Shown: piece after piece, positions 17,677-27,503 of the stretch
Layout: each line of letters opens with the position of its first letter
Numbering within the stretch: position 1 is the first letter of the stretch
NCBI GenBank assembly: GCA_947478395.1
Contig: CANJVR010000005.1
Span: forward strand, 1 to 64,000
DNA: 64,000 nt
Origin: Opitutia bacterium
GTDB lineage: Bacteria; Verrucomicrobiota; Verrucomicrobiia; Opitutales; Opitutaceae
Direction: 5' to 3'
Translations under genes and position numbers: made by a program
Notes under the pieces: generated by a model
The model's input: the letters and a program-made list of their open reading frames with translations, nothing else
Told to the model about the DNA's origin: nothing
The model's database searches: none

Positions 17677-19893
17677 ATGCCCGATCTGACGCCGCCGCTT
17701 TTCGCCTTCGTCGGTTGGGGCGCGATGTTTCCGCCTTTGGCGCTGCTGGCGGTTTTCGACGCGCTCGTCGTCTGGCGGCTCGCCCGCGCCGACCGCCAAT
17801 GGCGGGCCGAAATCATCGCATTGGTGGCGGTCCAAGGACTGGCTTGCTGGCTGGTCGCGACATTTTTCACGTCAAATCATATCGGAGCGGGCGACAGTTA
17901 TCACTACGGCCTCCAGGTTGCGGATTTTATCACGCAGCTCCGCCACGGTGTTTTCCCCATTTTCGTCGGACAGAGCGAATTCGGATTCAACGGCAACATC
18001 CACACGATGCGGACCGCGCCGTACTACGTACACCTCGGTGCACTTTTAAATTTCTTAACCGCCGGGAAGCAGTCGTTTTTTGGCATCCAGAATCTTTGCG
18101 TGATCGTGAGCGTGCTCGGCGGCGGAACGAGCGCGTACATCGCCGTGCGCACGCTCGCGCCGGCTTGGCGGGTGGTCGCGCCGTTTCTCGCCGCGCTCTA
18201 TCTGCTCTGTCCAGCGCTGATGGTGATTCTAATCGGCATGGATATGTATCCCACGATCATGGTGCTGCCGTGGCTGCCCATTTTCTGGCTGGGCGTGGCC
18301 GGCGGATTAGAGGCGCGCGATGACACGCGCTGGCTGATTTTGTCCACGGCTTCGCTGGCGTTGATTTGGTACGCGCATCCGGCCGTGGCCGCCTGGCTCT
18401 CGCCCTTTTGGTGCGCCGCCCTGGCGGTGCGTTTCGTGTTCGTCGCGCGCGGGCCTGGCCGCTTCGCCCATCCCATTCTCGCCGGCGCGGCGCTGGGCTG
18501 GCTCGTGATCTACCTTTTCGTATCCGTTTCCACCCTCCACCTGCAATACAGCAACAATCTCTACGGTCGCGCGGCCGAGGCGATCATGGCGAATCTCCGG
18601 CTCGGTTGGGCCGCAAGTTGGAAACCGCTCGTCGCCCCGATCGGAAATCTGGGAAACATCCAGTTGGGGTACGCGCTCACCGGTGTCGGGGTCGGATGCC
18701 TTTTCGGCCTGCGTCGCAGCGGCCTCGCGGGAATGTTTTTCGCAGGCGTCAGCGCGTTGCTGCTCCTGCTGCTTCTGCCCATCACGTCCGTGATTCAACC
18801 GTTGTGGCACGCGATGCCCGACAAGTTGCTCGACGCAACCAACGTCTGGCCGATGCAGCGGTTTTATCCCATCCTAGCTGGGGCGCTGCCGATCTGGGCG
18901 GCGCTAACGCTGCGGGGGATTACGCCGCGACAGTCCCTCAAGGGAATGCTGATCGTGGCTCTCGCCGTTGGCGTGGCATGGGGAATCGGGCAGGAAAAAT
19001 TACCCCGTAGCCACGCCGTGGTCATCATGAGAACGCCCGCGTCGACCTCGACGCTTCTGGCCCCAGGCAACATCAAGCTAGGCCGGGTCTCCTACCTTTT
19101 TTTCGGTTTTTACCCGAGCTACTACTCGCACGGCATCACCGAGCCCACGTTCGAGACGCGGCTGCTGGATCGCGACATGAAGCCGGTGCTCGATAACGCG
19201 TCCGCGCTCTACGCCCTCAAATCTGCCGCGCCGCCGACCGCCACGCTCACGCCCAAGATCGGAATTTACCCGCTCAACCAGGACATCAAGCGACGCGAAG
19301 CCACGTTTAAAACCGACGGCCACAGCCAGTACCTGCTCGCGTTTTCTTTCCCCGCCAAGGCCGACGGTGTCTTCGAACTTTTCGCGCCCGATCTCTACCG
19401 TCAGTACACGCTGCCCGAGTTCGGCGAGGCCCACGCTTTCGGCGCCGGTCCGCAATCGACGCCCTATCTCCCGCTCTGCCTGGCGCCAGGAACGCCAGAA
19501 ACCATTCTGCTGCGCACCGAACTCACCGGCCTCACCGCGCGCGTCTTTGCGTTTCAGCCCGAGGAACTGCCGATCCGGACGCTGTCGTTGATGCCGCTAG
19601 AAATTCAAACAACAGCCGCGCAGGCGGGCTACGTTGAAACGCCGCGCGTCCTAATCCCCGGCTACCGCGCCACAGTCAACGGCATCGACACGCCGGTCGT
19701 TCGTTCGTTGGAGGGCCTCGTGGCCGTGCCGGTGTCGGCCGGTCCCGCCCGCGTCGTGGTCAGCTACGAGGGGCCACGTGCCTTGCGCCTCGCATTCTGG
19801 TTTTCGCTGGTCGGGTTTGGGCTGCTGCCGTGGTTTGGACTGTGGGCCTGGCGGCGTGCGGCTCAGGTTGAGATGGTTAGCCAAAGTTCGTAA
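17677..19893 (+). CDS. GT-C-like membrane protein (YfhO/PTPS-related type)
   Basis: Loop GAGDSYHY then GVFP, many TMs, periplasmic domain ending PGYRATVNG...VPVSAG followed by a terminal TM, as in YfhO-type proteins. Confidence 0.7.
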   Translation: MPDLTPPLFAFVGWGAMFPPLALLAVFDALVVWRLARADRQWRAEIIALVAVQGLACWLVATFFTSNHIGAGDSYHYGLQVADFITQLRHGVFPIFVGQSEFGFNGNIHTMRTAPYYVHLGALLNFLTAGKQSFFGIQNLCVIVSVLGGGTSAYIAVRTLAPAWRVVAPFLAALYLLCPALMVILIGMDMYPTIMVLPWLPIFWLGVAGGLEARDDTRWLILSTASLALIWYAHPAVAAWLSPFWCAALAVRFVFVARGPGRFAHPILAGAALGWLVIYLFVSVSTLHLQYSNNLYGRAAEAIMANLRLGWAASWKPLVAPIGNLGNIQLGYALTGVGVGCLFGLRRSGLAGMFFAGVSALLLLLLLPITSVIQPLWHAMPDKLLDATNVWPMQRFYPILAGALPIWAALTLRGITPRQSLKGMLIVALAVGVAWGIGQEKLPRSHAVVIMRTPASTSTLLAPGNIKLGRVSYLFFGFYPSYYSHGITEPTFETRLLDRDMKPVLDNASALYALKSAAPPTATLTPKIGIYPLNQDIKRREATFKTDGHSQYLLAFSFPAKADGVFELFAPDLYRQYTLPEFGEAHAFGAGPQSTPYLPLCLAPGTPETILLRTELTGLTARVFAFQPEELPIRTLSLMPLEIQTTAAQAGYVETPRVLIPGYRATVNGIDTPVVRSLEGLVAVPVSAGPARVVVSYEGPRALRLAFWFSLVGFGLLPWFGLWAWRRAAQVEMVSQSS

Positions 19894-19987
19894 ATCCGCG
19901 ACCGCAGCTTCTCTCACGTATCATCCGGCACCCGAGATTTCGCTTTCACCCGGGGTGGGTTGTGGTTGGCTGGTTTCTCCAAATTCA

Positions 19988-20722
19988 ATGCACACCGCCA
20001 AATGGCCCAAGATTCTGCCGCCTCTCTCCCCCGAGCATAAAAGGATCTGCGATGCTTTCATGCAGCAGTGGCACGTCGAACTCGCCGGCCGCAGTCGCTA
20101 CGGGGCCCTCGAAAAATTCAACCATCTCTTTCCGGTAAAATATTCGCGCCCAGGTTTTAAAACCACGCTCGAAATCGGCGCGGGCCTGGGCGAACACCTC
20201 CACTACGAAAATCTCACGCCCGAGCAGGAGGCCGGCTACTACGCCAACGAATTTCGAGAAAATATGGCCGCGGAAATCCGCCGCAAATATCCCCGCGTGC
20301 AAACCGTCCTCGGCGATTGCCAGCAGCGCTTCGATTTCGCCGATGGGTTTTTTGACCGTTTCATCGCCGTCCACGTGCTCGAGCATCTGCCGAATCTCCC
20401 CGCCACGATTCGCGAAGCCTATCGCCTGCTCAACAAACAACGCGGCCAGCTCCTCGTCGTGATCCCCTGCGAGGGCGAGCCGGCGTATTCGCTCGCCCGC
20501 AAGATCTCCGCGCAGCGCATCTTCGAGAAAACCTACGGCATGTCCTACGACATCTTCATCAAGCGCGAACACATCAACGTCCCCGCGGAAATCCTCGCCG
20601 AACTCGATCCGTATTTCGTCATCGAGAAAAAGAGTTTCTTCCCGCTCCCGTTTCTCCCCTTCGTTTTCAACAACCTCATCATCGGCCTGAGCCTCGTGCC
20701 GCGCCCCCAGCCTCTCGTTTGA
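19988..20722 (+). CDS. Class I SAM-dependent methyltransferase
   Basis: LEIGAGLG, FADGFFD, HVLEHL. Confidence 0.88.
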   Translation: MHTAKWPKILPPLSPEHKRICDAFMQQWHVELAGRSRYGALEKFNHLFPVKYSRPGFKTTLEIGAGLGEHLHYENLTPEQEAGYYANEFRENMAAEIRRKYPRVQTVLGDCQQRFDFADGFFDRFIAVHVLEHLPNLPATIREAYRLLNKQRGQLLVVIPCEGEPAYSLARKISAQRIFEKTYGMSYDIFIKREHINVPAEILAELDPYFVIEKKSFFPLPFLPFVFNNLIIGLSLVPRPQPLV

Positions 20723-20741
20723 TTCGCATCACCTTTCGTTC

Positions 20742-21713
20742 ATGAACCAGATTTTCATCACCGGCGCCGCCGGTTTCATCGGCTCCAGTCTCGTTGACCG
20801 ACTCCTCGGCGACGGCAAAACCGTCGTCGGCTGGGACAATTTTTCTACCGGTCAACGCCCCTTCCTCACGGGTGCGCTCAAAAATCCGAGCTTCACGCTC
20901 GTCGAGGGCGACAACCTCGATCTGCCCGCCCTCACCCGCGCGATGAAGGGCTGCGATTTTGTGTTCCATCTCGCCGCCAACGCCGACGTGCGTTTCGGGA
21001 CCGATCATCCCGACCGGGATCTCCAGCAAAATACCATCGCCACCTACAACGTCCTCGAGGCCATGCGCGCCAACGGGATCAAGCGCCTCGGCTTTTCCTC
21101 CACCGGCTCCACCTACGGCGAATCAGCCGTCATCCCCACGCCCGAGGACGCTCCCTTCCCCATCCAAACCTCGCTCTATGGCGCTTCCAAGGTGGCCGGC
21201 GAATGCCTGATCCAGGCCTACTGCGAGGGCTTCGGCTTCGAGGGCTATATTTTCCGTTTCGTTTCCATCCTAGGCGAACGCTACACGCACGGCCACGTCT
21301 TCGATTTCTACAAACAGCTGCTCGGCCACCCCGATCATCTCCGCGTTCTCGGCGATGGCTCGCAGCGCAAATCGTACCTCTATATCCAGGATTGCCTGTC
21401 CGCGATGTTGCACGTCACCACGAAAAATCTCGCCGCCAAGGCCAAGCATCGCGTCGAAATTTTCAACCTCGGCACCGCCGAATTCTGCCAGGTCAACGAC
21501 TCCATCGGCTGGATTTGTGAGGCCCTCGCCATCAACCCGCGCCGCGATTACACCGGCGGCAACCGGGGCTGGATCGGCGATAATCCTTTCATCTTCCTCG
21601 ATACGAAAAAAATTCGGAGCACCGGCTGGGCGTCCCAACTGACGATTCGCGAAGGCATCCTGCGCACGCTGACTTGGCTCCAGGCAAATCCGTGGGTCCT
21701 CGAAAACCGCTAA
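20742..21713 (+). CDS. NAD-dependent epimerase/dehydratase (GalE-like extended SDR)
   Basis: TGAAGFIGS, HLAA, SSTGSTYG, YGASK. Confidence 0.92.
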   Translation: MNQIFITGAAGFIGSSLVDRLLGDGKTVVGWDNFSTGQRPFLTGALKNPSFTLVEGDNLDLPALTRAMKGCDFVFHLAANADVRFGTDHPDRDLQQNTIATYNVLEAMRANGIKRLGFSSTGSTYGESAVIPTPEDAPFPIQTSLYGASKVAGECLIQAYCEGFGFEGYIFRFVSILGERYTHGHVFDFYKQLLGHPDHLRVLGDGSQRKSYLYIQDCLSAMLHVTTKNLAAKAKHRVEIFNLGTAEFCQVNDSIGWICEALAINPRRDYTGGNRGWIGDNPFIFLDTKKIRSTGWASQLTIREGILRTLTWLQANPWVLENR

Positions 21714-21738
21714 TGGGAGCGCGGCCGCCCCCGGCCGC
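21714..21738. repeat. REP-like family D
   Basis: tgggagcgcggccgcccccggccgc directly after the stop codon. Confidence 0.65.
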
Positions 21739-21771
21739 ATTTCCTTTCTTCCGCCCACTCATCGCCCACTT

Positions 21772-23052
21772 ATGAAGCTCGCCGTTTTCGGCCTCTGGCA
21801 TCTCGGCTGCGTCACGGCCGCCTGCTGCGCCAAACACTTTGAGGTCGCCGGCCTCGATCTCGATCCCGCCAACATCGCGAAGCTTCGCACCGGTAAAGCG
21901 CCGCTCTTCGAGCCCGGCCTCGACGATCTGATCGCCGCCGGTGTGGCCTCGAAACGCCTGCGTTTCACGACCGACGCCTCCGACGCCTGCCGCGATGCCG
22001 ACATCCTCTGGGTCACCTTCGACACACCCGTCGATGACGACGACCGGGCCGACGTCGACCTCGTTCTAAACCACATCCGACGCGTCGTCCCGTCGCTTCC
22101 GTCGGGCGCGCTCGTTCTCCTCTCTTCGCAACTGCCCGTCGGCACGTGCGAGCTCCTCGAAAAGGAATTCGGCGCCAGCGGCTATCGTTTCGCGTGCACG
22201 CCCGAAAATCTTCGTCTCGGCAAGGCCATCGAAATTTTCACCCAGGCCGACCGTATCATCGCCGGCTACCGCGACGAACGCGCCAAAGCCCAGCTCGCCG
22301 CACTCTTCGCGCCGTTTACGTCCCAGGTGATTTGGATGCGCTCCGAATCCGCCGAGATGACCAAGCACGCGATCAACGGTTTTCTCGCGCTCTCCATCAC
22401 GTTCATGAACGAGCTTTCGCTCCTCTGCGAACGCACCGGCGCCGACGCCAAGGAAGTTGAACGCGGTCTGAAATCCGAGAGCCGCATCGGGCCCAAAGCC
22501 TACCTATCCCCGGGCGGCGCCTTCGCCGGCGGCACGCTCGCCCGCGATGTCGTCACCTGCATCAACCTCGGCGAAAAGTTCAACGAGGCGCTTAGCATTT
22601 TCCCCGCGATCAAACAGAGCAACGACCGCCACCGTCAGTGGGCGCTCCGCAAACTCACGCAGCACTTCGCCGCCGCGCCTAAGGGGGCCATCGCGCTGCT
22701 CGGGCTCACCTACAAACCCGGCACGGACACGCTGCGCCGCAGCTCGGCGGTCGAACTCGCGCGGGCGCTTCATAACCGGGGCTTTCGCGTCATCGCCCAT
22801 GATCCTTCGCTGCAAGCGCTGCCCGAGGATCTCGGTTTCATCACGCTCCACGCCGACGCCGCCACGCTGACGCGCGATGCCGCCGCACTCGTGGTCTGCA
22901 CCGAGTGGCCCGCCTTTCGCACGCGCACGGATTGGCCGGCGCTCATCGCCGCGATGCCCGCTCCGGTCGTGATCGATGCCACTCGTTTCCTCTCCGCCCA
23001 GCTGGGCGCAATTCCAAATCTCACCTATCTCACCGTCGGTTCTCCCGCATGA
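21772..23052 (+). CDS. UDP-glucose/GDP-mannose dehydrogenase family protein lacking the catalytic Cys
   Basis: GLWHLG, EPGL, DTP, PENLRLG, SAEMTKHAIN, RIGPKAYLSPG, GLTYKPGTDTLRRS, TEWPAF. Confidence 0.88.
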   Translation: MKLAVFGLWHLGCVTAACCAKHFEVAGLDLDPANIAKLRTGKAPLFEPGLDDLIAAGVASKRLRFTTDASDACRDADILWVTFDTPVDDDDRADVDLVLNHIRRVVPSLPSGALVLLSSQLPVGTCELLEKEFGASGYRFACTPENLRLGKAIEIFTQADRIIAGYRDERAKAQLAALFAPFTSQVIWMRSESAEMTKHAINGFLALSITFMNELSLLCERTGADAKEVERGLKSESRIGPKAYLSPGGAFAGGTLARDVVTCINLGEKFNEALSIFPAIKQSNDRHRQWALRKLTQHFAAAPKGAIALLGLTYKPGTDTLRRSSAVELARALHNRGFRVIAHDPSLQALPEDLGFITLHADAATLTRDAAALVVCTEWPAFRTRTDWPALIAAMPAPVVIDATRFLSAQLGAIPNLTYLTVGSPA

Positions 23053-23909
23053 AACTTTCCGGTCTCAACGCCATCATCACCGGGGCCAATCAGGGCCTCG
23101 GCCTTGAAATCGCCCGCCACTACGTGCGCGAAGGCGCCAGCGTCGCCATCTGCGCCCGCGATGTCGCGAAGCTGGCCGACGCCACCCATGAGCTGCGCAC
23201 CCTCGCCACGGCCGGACAAAAAATTGTCGCGCTGCCGTGTGACGTTTCCGACGAAAACGCCGTGAACCAATTCACCGCCGCGGCCATCGCCGCGCTCGGC
23301 TCGATTCAAATTCTCGTCAACAACGCCGGCGTCTACGGCCCCAAAGGACCGAGCGAATCCGTCGATTGGGCGGAATGGAAACGGGCGCTCGAGATCAATC
23401 TGTACGGCGTGATGCTGCCAACGCGCGCCATCGTTCCCCACCTCAAATCGCAGGGTCGCGGGAAAATCATCAATCTCTCCGGCGGCGGCGCCACGCAACC
23501 ACTGCCCAACATCAGCGCCTATGCGGCTTCCAAAGCCGCCGTCGTGCGACTCACCGAAACGTTCGCGGAGGAACTTCGCGCCGATCATATCGACGTCAAC
23601 GCCGTCGCACCGGGCGCGCTGAACACCCGGCTCCTGCAGGAAGTGCTCGCGGCCGGCCCCGCCGTCGTGGGTGAGGCATTCTATCAACGCTCGCTCAAAC
23701 AGCGTGACACCGGGGGCGCGCCGCTCGAACTCGGGGCGGGCCTCTGCGTTTATCTGGGCTCGGCCGAAAGCGACGGCGTGACTGGAAAATTGCTGAGCGC
23801 GCAATGGGATCCCTGGCGTGAATTCGCCAGCCGCAAAGACGCCCTCGCAAAGAGCGATATCTACACGCTCCGCCGCATCGTCCCCGAAGATCGCGGCCAG
23901 AAGTGGTGA
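23049..23909 (+). CDS. Classical SDR oxidoreductase
   Basis: TGANQGLG, NNAG, YAASK, VNAVAPG. ATGA overlap with the upstream gene. Confidence 0.92.
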   Translation: MKLSGLNAIITGANQGLGLEIARHYVREGASVAICARDVAKLADATHELRTLATAGQKIVALPCDVSDENAVNQFTAAAIAALGSIQILVNNAGVYGPKGPSESVDWAEWKRALEINLYGVMLPTRAIVPHLKSQGRGKIINLSGGGATQPLPNISAYAASKAAVVRLTETFAEELRADHIDVNAVAPGALNTRLLQEVLAAGPAVVGEAFYQRSLKQRDTGGAPLELGAGLCVYLGSAESDGVTGKLLSAQWDPWREFASRKDALAKSDIYTLRRIVPEDRGQKW

Positions 23910-24002
23910 CGGCCTAGCGCGAGGCTTCAGCCCGCGTTCCGAAATAGGAACGCCAGCGCGAGCGTTTAAGTTTTCCGTAGCCGTTTTGGGTCCGGAGGCA
24001 GT

Positions 24003-24086
24003 CGTAGCGGCAGGCGTCCCTGCCTGCCGGGTTTGGTTGCCCGGTTCGGCCTCCTCGTTCGGCAGGCGGAGACGCCTGCCGCTACG
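24003..24086. repeat. REP-like family C doublet between convergent genes
   Basis: cgtagcggcaggcgtccctgcctgccg ... cggcaggcggagacgcctgccgctacg. Half copy at 30007-30031. Confidence 0.85.
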
Positions 24087-25088
24087 TCACACATAATACC
24101 GCAACTCCCGCCGGTAGAATTCCATCGTTCGTTTCAGCGCGGTCTTCAAATCCGTCCGCGCTTTCCAACCGAGCATTTTCCGAATCTTGGCGTCGTCGGC
24201 GTAATAATCGCCGATATCGATTTTCTTCCGATCGTCCGGAAATTCTCGGACCACGAAGCTGCCGCCGCCGTTGATTTCGACGAGCAACTCCGCCAGCCGG
24301 AGTAACGTCACCGGCGGCGGGCCGCCCAAGTTAAAAATTTCGCCGACCGCCTCCGGCCGCGCCGCCGCCAGCAGAAAGGCCTCCACCGCGTCGTCGACGA
24401 AAGTGAAATCGCGCCGCTGCTCGCCGCCCCATATTTCCAGGGGCTCGTCCTCGAGCAGGCGCCGAATCCAAACGCCGACGAAAGTCTGGCGCGCATCCTT
24501 CACGCGCATCCGCGGTCCGATCGTATTGGTGAGCCGCAACGCCGTCGCGCGAATCCCGTGCACGCGCGAATACAGCATATGGAACCCCTCGCCCGCCGCC
24601 TTGTTGAGGCCGTTTACGTCGACGGGGCGGATCGGATGCCGCTCATCCACCGGCACGTAGTCGGGCCGACCGTAAATTTGCCGCGTGCTCGCAAATACGA
24701 TTCGCACCGTCGGATTGTGCAGGCGACACGCCTCAAGCAACGCAAGCTGGGCACGACAGTTAATTTCCAGATCCGTCTCCGGGTCGGTCATCGAATCCAT
24801 GTGACTCGTCTGGCCAGCGAGGTTGAAAAGAAAATCCTGCCGCCGGATGAGGCGCGCCAGCTGGGCGTGTTCGCGGACATCGGTGCGGTGCACCCGGACC
24901 TTGGCCGCGATGCCCGCAAGATTGCGCCGGTTCCCGCCGTATTCCGGGATCAAACTGTCAACGATCGTCACGCGCGCGCCCAGCGCTACGAGCGCGCGCG
25001 CCAGATTCGATCCAATAAAACCCAGCCCGCCGGTGATAAGCACGCGCCGCCCTGAAAATGTGCGGCGGAGGCTGGTCGGTGTGGCCAT
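24087..25088 (-). CDS. NAD-dependent epimerase/dehydratase with NxxxK in place of YxxxK
   Basis: ITGGLGFIGS, NLAGQ, FASTRQIYG, PVDVNGLNK, QRRDFTFVDD. Confidence 0.88.
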   Translation of the reverse strand: MATPTSLRRTFSGRRVLITGGLGFIGSNLARALVALGARVTIVDSLIPEYGGNRRNLAGIAAKVRVHRTDVREHAQLARLIRRQDFLFNLAGQTSHMDSMTDPETDLEINCRAQLALLEACRLHNPTVRIVFASTRQIYGRPDYVPVDERHPIRPVDVNGLNKAAGEGFHMLYSRVHGIRATALRLTNTIGPRMRVKDARQTFVGVWIRRLLEDEPLEIWGGEQRRDFTFVDDAVEAFLLAAARPEAVGEIFNLGGPPPVTLLRLAELLVEINGGGSFVVREFPDDRKKIDIGDYYADDAKIRKMLGWKARTDLKTALKRTMEFYRRELRYYV

Positions 25089-25213
25089 GTGCGCCGCCGA
25101 CACAACAGCCTGAGACCCTTGGCCGCCAACCTGAAAACGTCGTCGTTCAAAGTGGAGCGATCGAGGAGTCCCCTGAAAGAAACCAAACGCTGAACCCCCG
25201 CCGCCGAACCGGA

Positions 25214-27412
25214 TCAATCCTCGACCGGGGCCAAGTCCGCCTTCACTTCGATCTCAATACCGTAAGCGGCGAAGCCGAGCGGCCGGGCATCGCCCGGCAA
25301 GTACGTGGGTGGCACCGCCGACTTCAATTCCACCACGTTTACTCCTGGAGGGATGACCATCTCCGGCACGCGCACAATCTTTTGCTCACGGCCAATCTGC
25401 ACCGTGCGCACGCGTTTACCGTTCAGCCACAGCTGCAAATCACGGTCCACCTCGCTGCGGGCGTTGAAATGCCAGACGATGCGCAACGGCCGGATCTGCG
25501 GATTTTCCAAACGCAGCGTCGCGTCACCCTTCGTCCAGCTCCAGCGCGTGGCCCCGCGCGGCAGGCGTTCCAGATCCTGCCAGCCCGCGCCCAACTCGAC
25601 GCGCAGAAAATAAGGGCTGCCCGTGCGGACCAGGCCGAAATGCGCATTGAGTGGAAACGACCCGCCTTCGGGCAGACGCAACTGCACGAGCCCACCGTTT
25701 AAATCCCAAGCCCCGCGCAGCTCCGTGTTGAGCCGGCCCTCATAGGTGTGCGTGCGGAAATAGTTCGGTTTGCTAAGGAGAAATTGATTGGCCCAAAGCC
25801 GCGACCACATGTCGGGCACGAGAAGATTGACGGACGCCACCTCCGGCATCGCCTCGGCGCGTTGCACCTGCAGCAGCTCACGGTTGACGATCAACGGCGG
25901 ATTTTCCATCCGCTCCGCGAAGCGATATGCCGCGTGCAAATTCATCGCTACCACCACGCCGCCAAACGCCATCGTTAACGTCCGGCTCCAACCGTTGCGT
26001 GCGAGCGTGACCCAGTAAAAAAGGGCCGCGAGCACACCGGGATAAAACACCGCGAGCACCTTGTACGCGTCGTAGCTCGCATTCGTGCCAAGCTGCACGC
26101 CGCGCAGATTGAGATAGCCGTAGCCCACCAACGCCGGACCCGCCAGACTCACCACAACCCACGCACTTTGCCGCCGCTGTTTTGCCGCCCGCAGCAGGGC
26201 CACCGCGAGAAGCCCAATGGCCGCCGCCGCCAAAGCCAGCCGCGGGAGTGTCGGAAAGGGCGCCAGTCCGCTGCTCCTGACAATCCCCAGCCAGCCCTCC
26301 GGCGACAGCGCGGGAATTCTCCAGCCGAAATCGTACGTTTGAAACAACGCGAAGCGTTCAGCCAGTCCGGCCACGCGTTCCCAAAAAACGAGGTCGCAGG
26401 CGACGAGCGGCGCCAGCATCGCAACCGTCCAACGCGCCAGCCGCAACCACTCACCCCTCCACGCCGCCTGTCCACCGGCGTACGCCAGCGCCGGCACGAG
26501 GCATAGGACTAAAAAGAAATTATAACCTCCCAACACCAAGGCGTAGCCGATCGTCAGCACGCCGCCATAACCCATGGATCGCCAGGTCAGGTTTTCCCGC
26601 GAATGCCACAATGCGATTCCCGCCCAAGTGATCAGTAAAACCGCCTGCGCCGCCAGCAACTGCGCCATCGCCACATGCCACACCGCGTACCACGTGATCG
26701 GGCTCAGGCCGTAGACCACCGCAATGACGAAACTCGCCCGGCCACCGTACCCACATACCACCCGCGCGAGCCAGAAAACCAGCGGCAGCGACGTCGCCAA
26801 CAGGACGATGGTCATGAGCCCCGTCAGCTCGTGCGGCGCGCAGTGCAGAACCGTGCCGTTCAGTGCGATCAACGCTGACGGCGTGAAATGATTCAGCCGC
26901 AGCCAGAAATCGAAAAAATTATCCACCGACATCACTTGCACCACCTCGGTCAGGCCGAGGAATCCGCTGCGGTCGCTGCGTGCAAATTCCATCAACACCC
27001 GCGCTCCCGCCGCGTAATCCGCCGCGTCGCAGCTCCCCAGCGAAACCGTGGTCAAGCCCTTCGAGGCCCGGGCCAGCGGCAGCACCAACACGGCAAGGCA
27101 CACCGCGGTGGCCAGCCAAACGGCCGGCATTTTTTTCAGACCGCACCAAGCCAGCGCGCTTCCGCTCCACCAGACTCCGGCGATGAGAAGGCCCACGGGC
27201 AGGATCTCGCTGGCCCACGCGTACTGATTCGTTCCCTTGAGCCCCGCATAAGCGCCGATCCAGACCGCGAGCGACTGCACCGCAAACCCCGCTGGCGCGG
27301 CGAGCACCGGCCAAAATTTTTCCCACGGCCGCGGCATCGCGAGCAGCGCCACGCCCGCGCCCCAGAAAAGCACGTGCAACAGCAGCCCAAACGCGACGAG
27401 GTAGAAATACAT
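25214..27412 (-). CDS. GT-C-like membrane protein with C-terminal beta domain, distant paralogue of 13005
   Basis: Loop SLGSCDAADYAAGARVL aligns with SYGNDDMANYTLAAERF. More than 10 TMs. C-terminal GWQDLE...WSW...GDARPLGF. Confidence 0.75.
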   Translation of the reverse strand: MYFYLVAFGLLLHVLFWGAGVALLAMPRPWEKFWPVLAAPAGFAVQSLAVWIGAYAGLKGTNQYAWASEILPVGLLIAGVWWSGSALAWCGLKKMPAVWLATAVCLAVLVLPLARASKGLTTVSLGSCDAADYAAGARVLMEFARSDRSGFLGLTEVVQVMSVDNFFDFWLRLNHFTPSALIALNGTVLHCAPHELTGLMTIVLLATSLPLVFWLARVVCGYGGRASFVIAVVYGLSPITWYAVWHVAMAQLLAAQAVLLITWAGIALWHSRENLTWRSMGYGGVLTIGYALVLGGYNFFLVLCLVPALAYAGGQAAWRGEWLRLARWTVAMLAPLVACDLVFWERVAGLAERFALFQTYDFGWRIPALSPEGWLGIVRSSGLAPFPTLPRLALAAAAIGLLAVALLRAAKQRRQSAWVVVSLAGPALVGYGYLNLRGVQLGTNASYDAYKVLAVFYPGVLAALFYWVTLARNGWSRTLTMAFGGVVVAMNLHAAYRFAERMENPPLIVNRELLQVQRAEAMPEVASVNLLVPDMWSRLWANQFLLSKPNYFRTHTYEGRLNTELRGAWDLNGGLVQLRLPEGGSFPLNAHFGLVRTGSPYFLRVELGAGWQDLERLPRGATRWSWTKGDATLRLENPQIRPLRIVWHFNARSEVDRDLQLWLNGKRVRTVQIGREQKIVRVPEMVIPPGVNVVELKSAVPPTYLPGDARPLGFAAYGIEIEVKADLAPVED

Positions 27413-27431
27413 GCTAGGCGAAAGTCAGCAT

Positions 27432-27502
27432 TGGCCACAAAGAGCCCAAAGGCTCACAAAAAATTCGCCCCAAGTTCCACCCTTTTTGTACTTTTGTGGC
27501 CA
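27432..27502. repeat. Inverted repeat with ~10-bp-unit arms
   Basis: tggccacaaagagcccaaaggctcacaaaaa ... tttttgtacttttgtggcca. Confidence 0.7.
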
Positions 27503-27503
27503 T

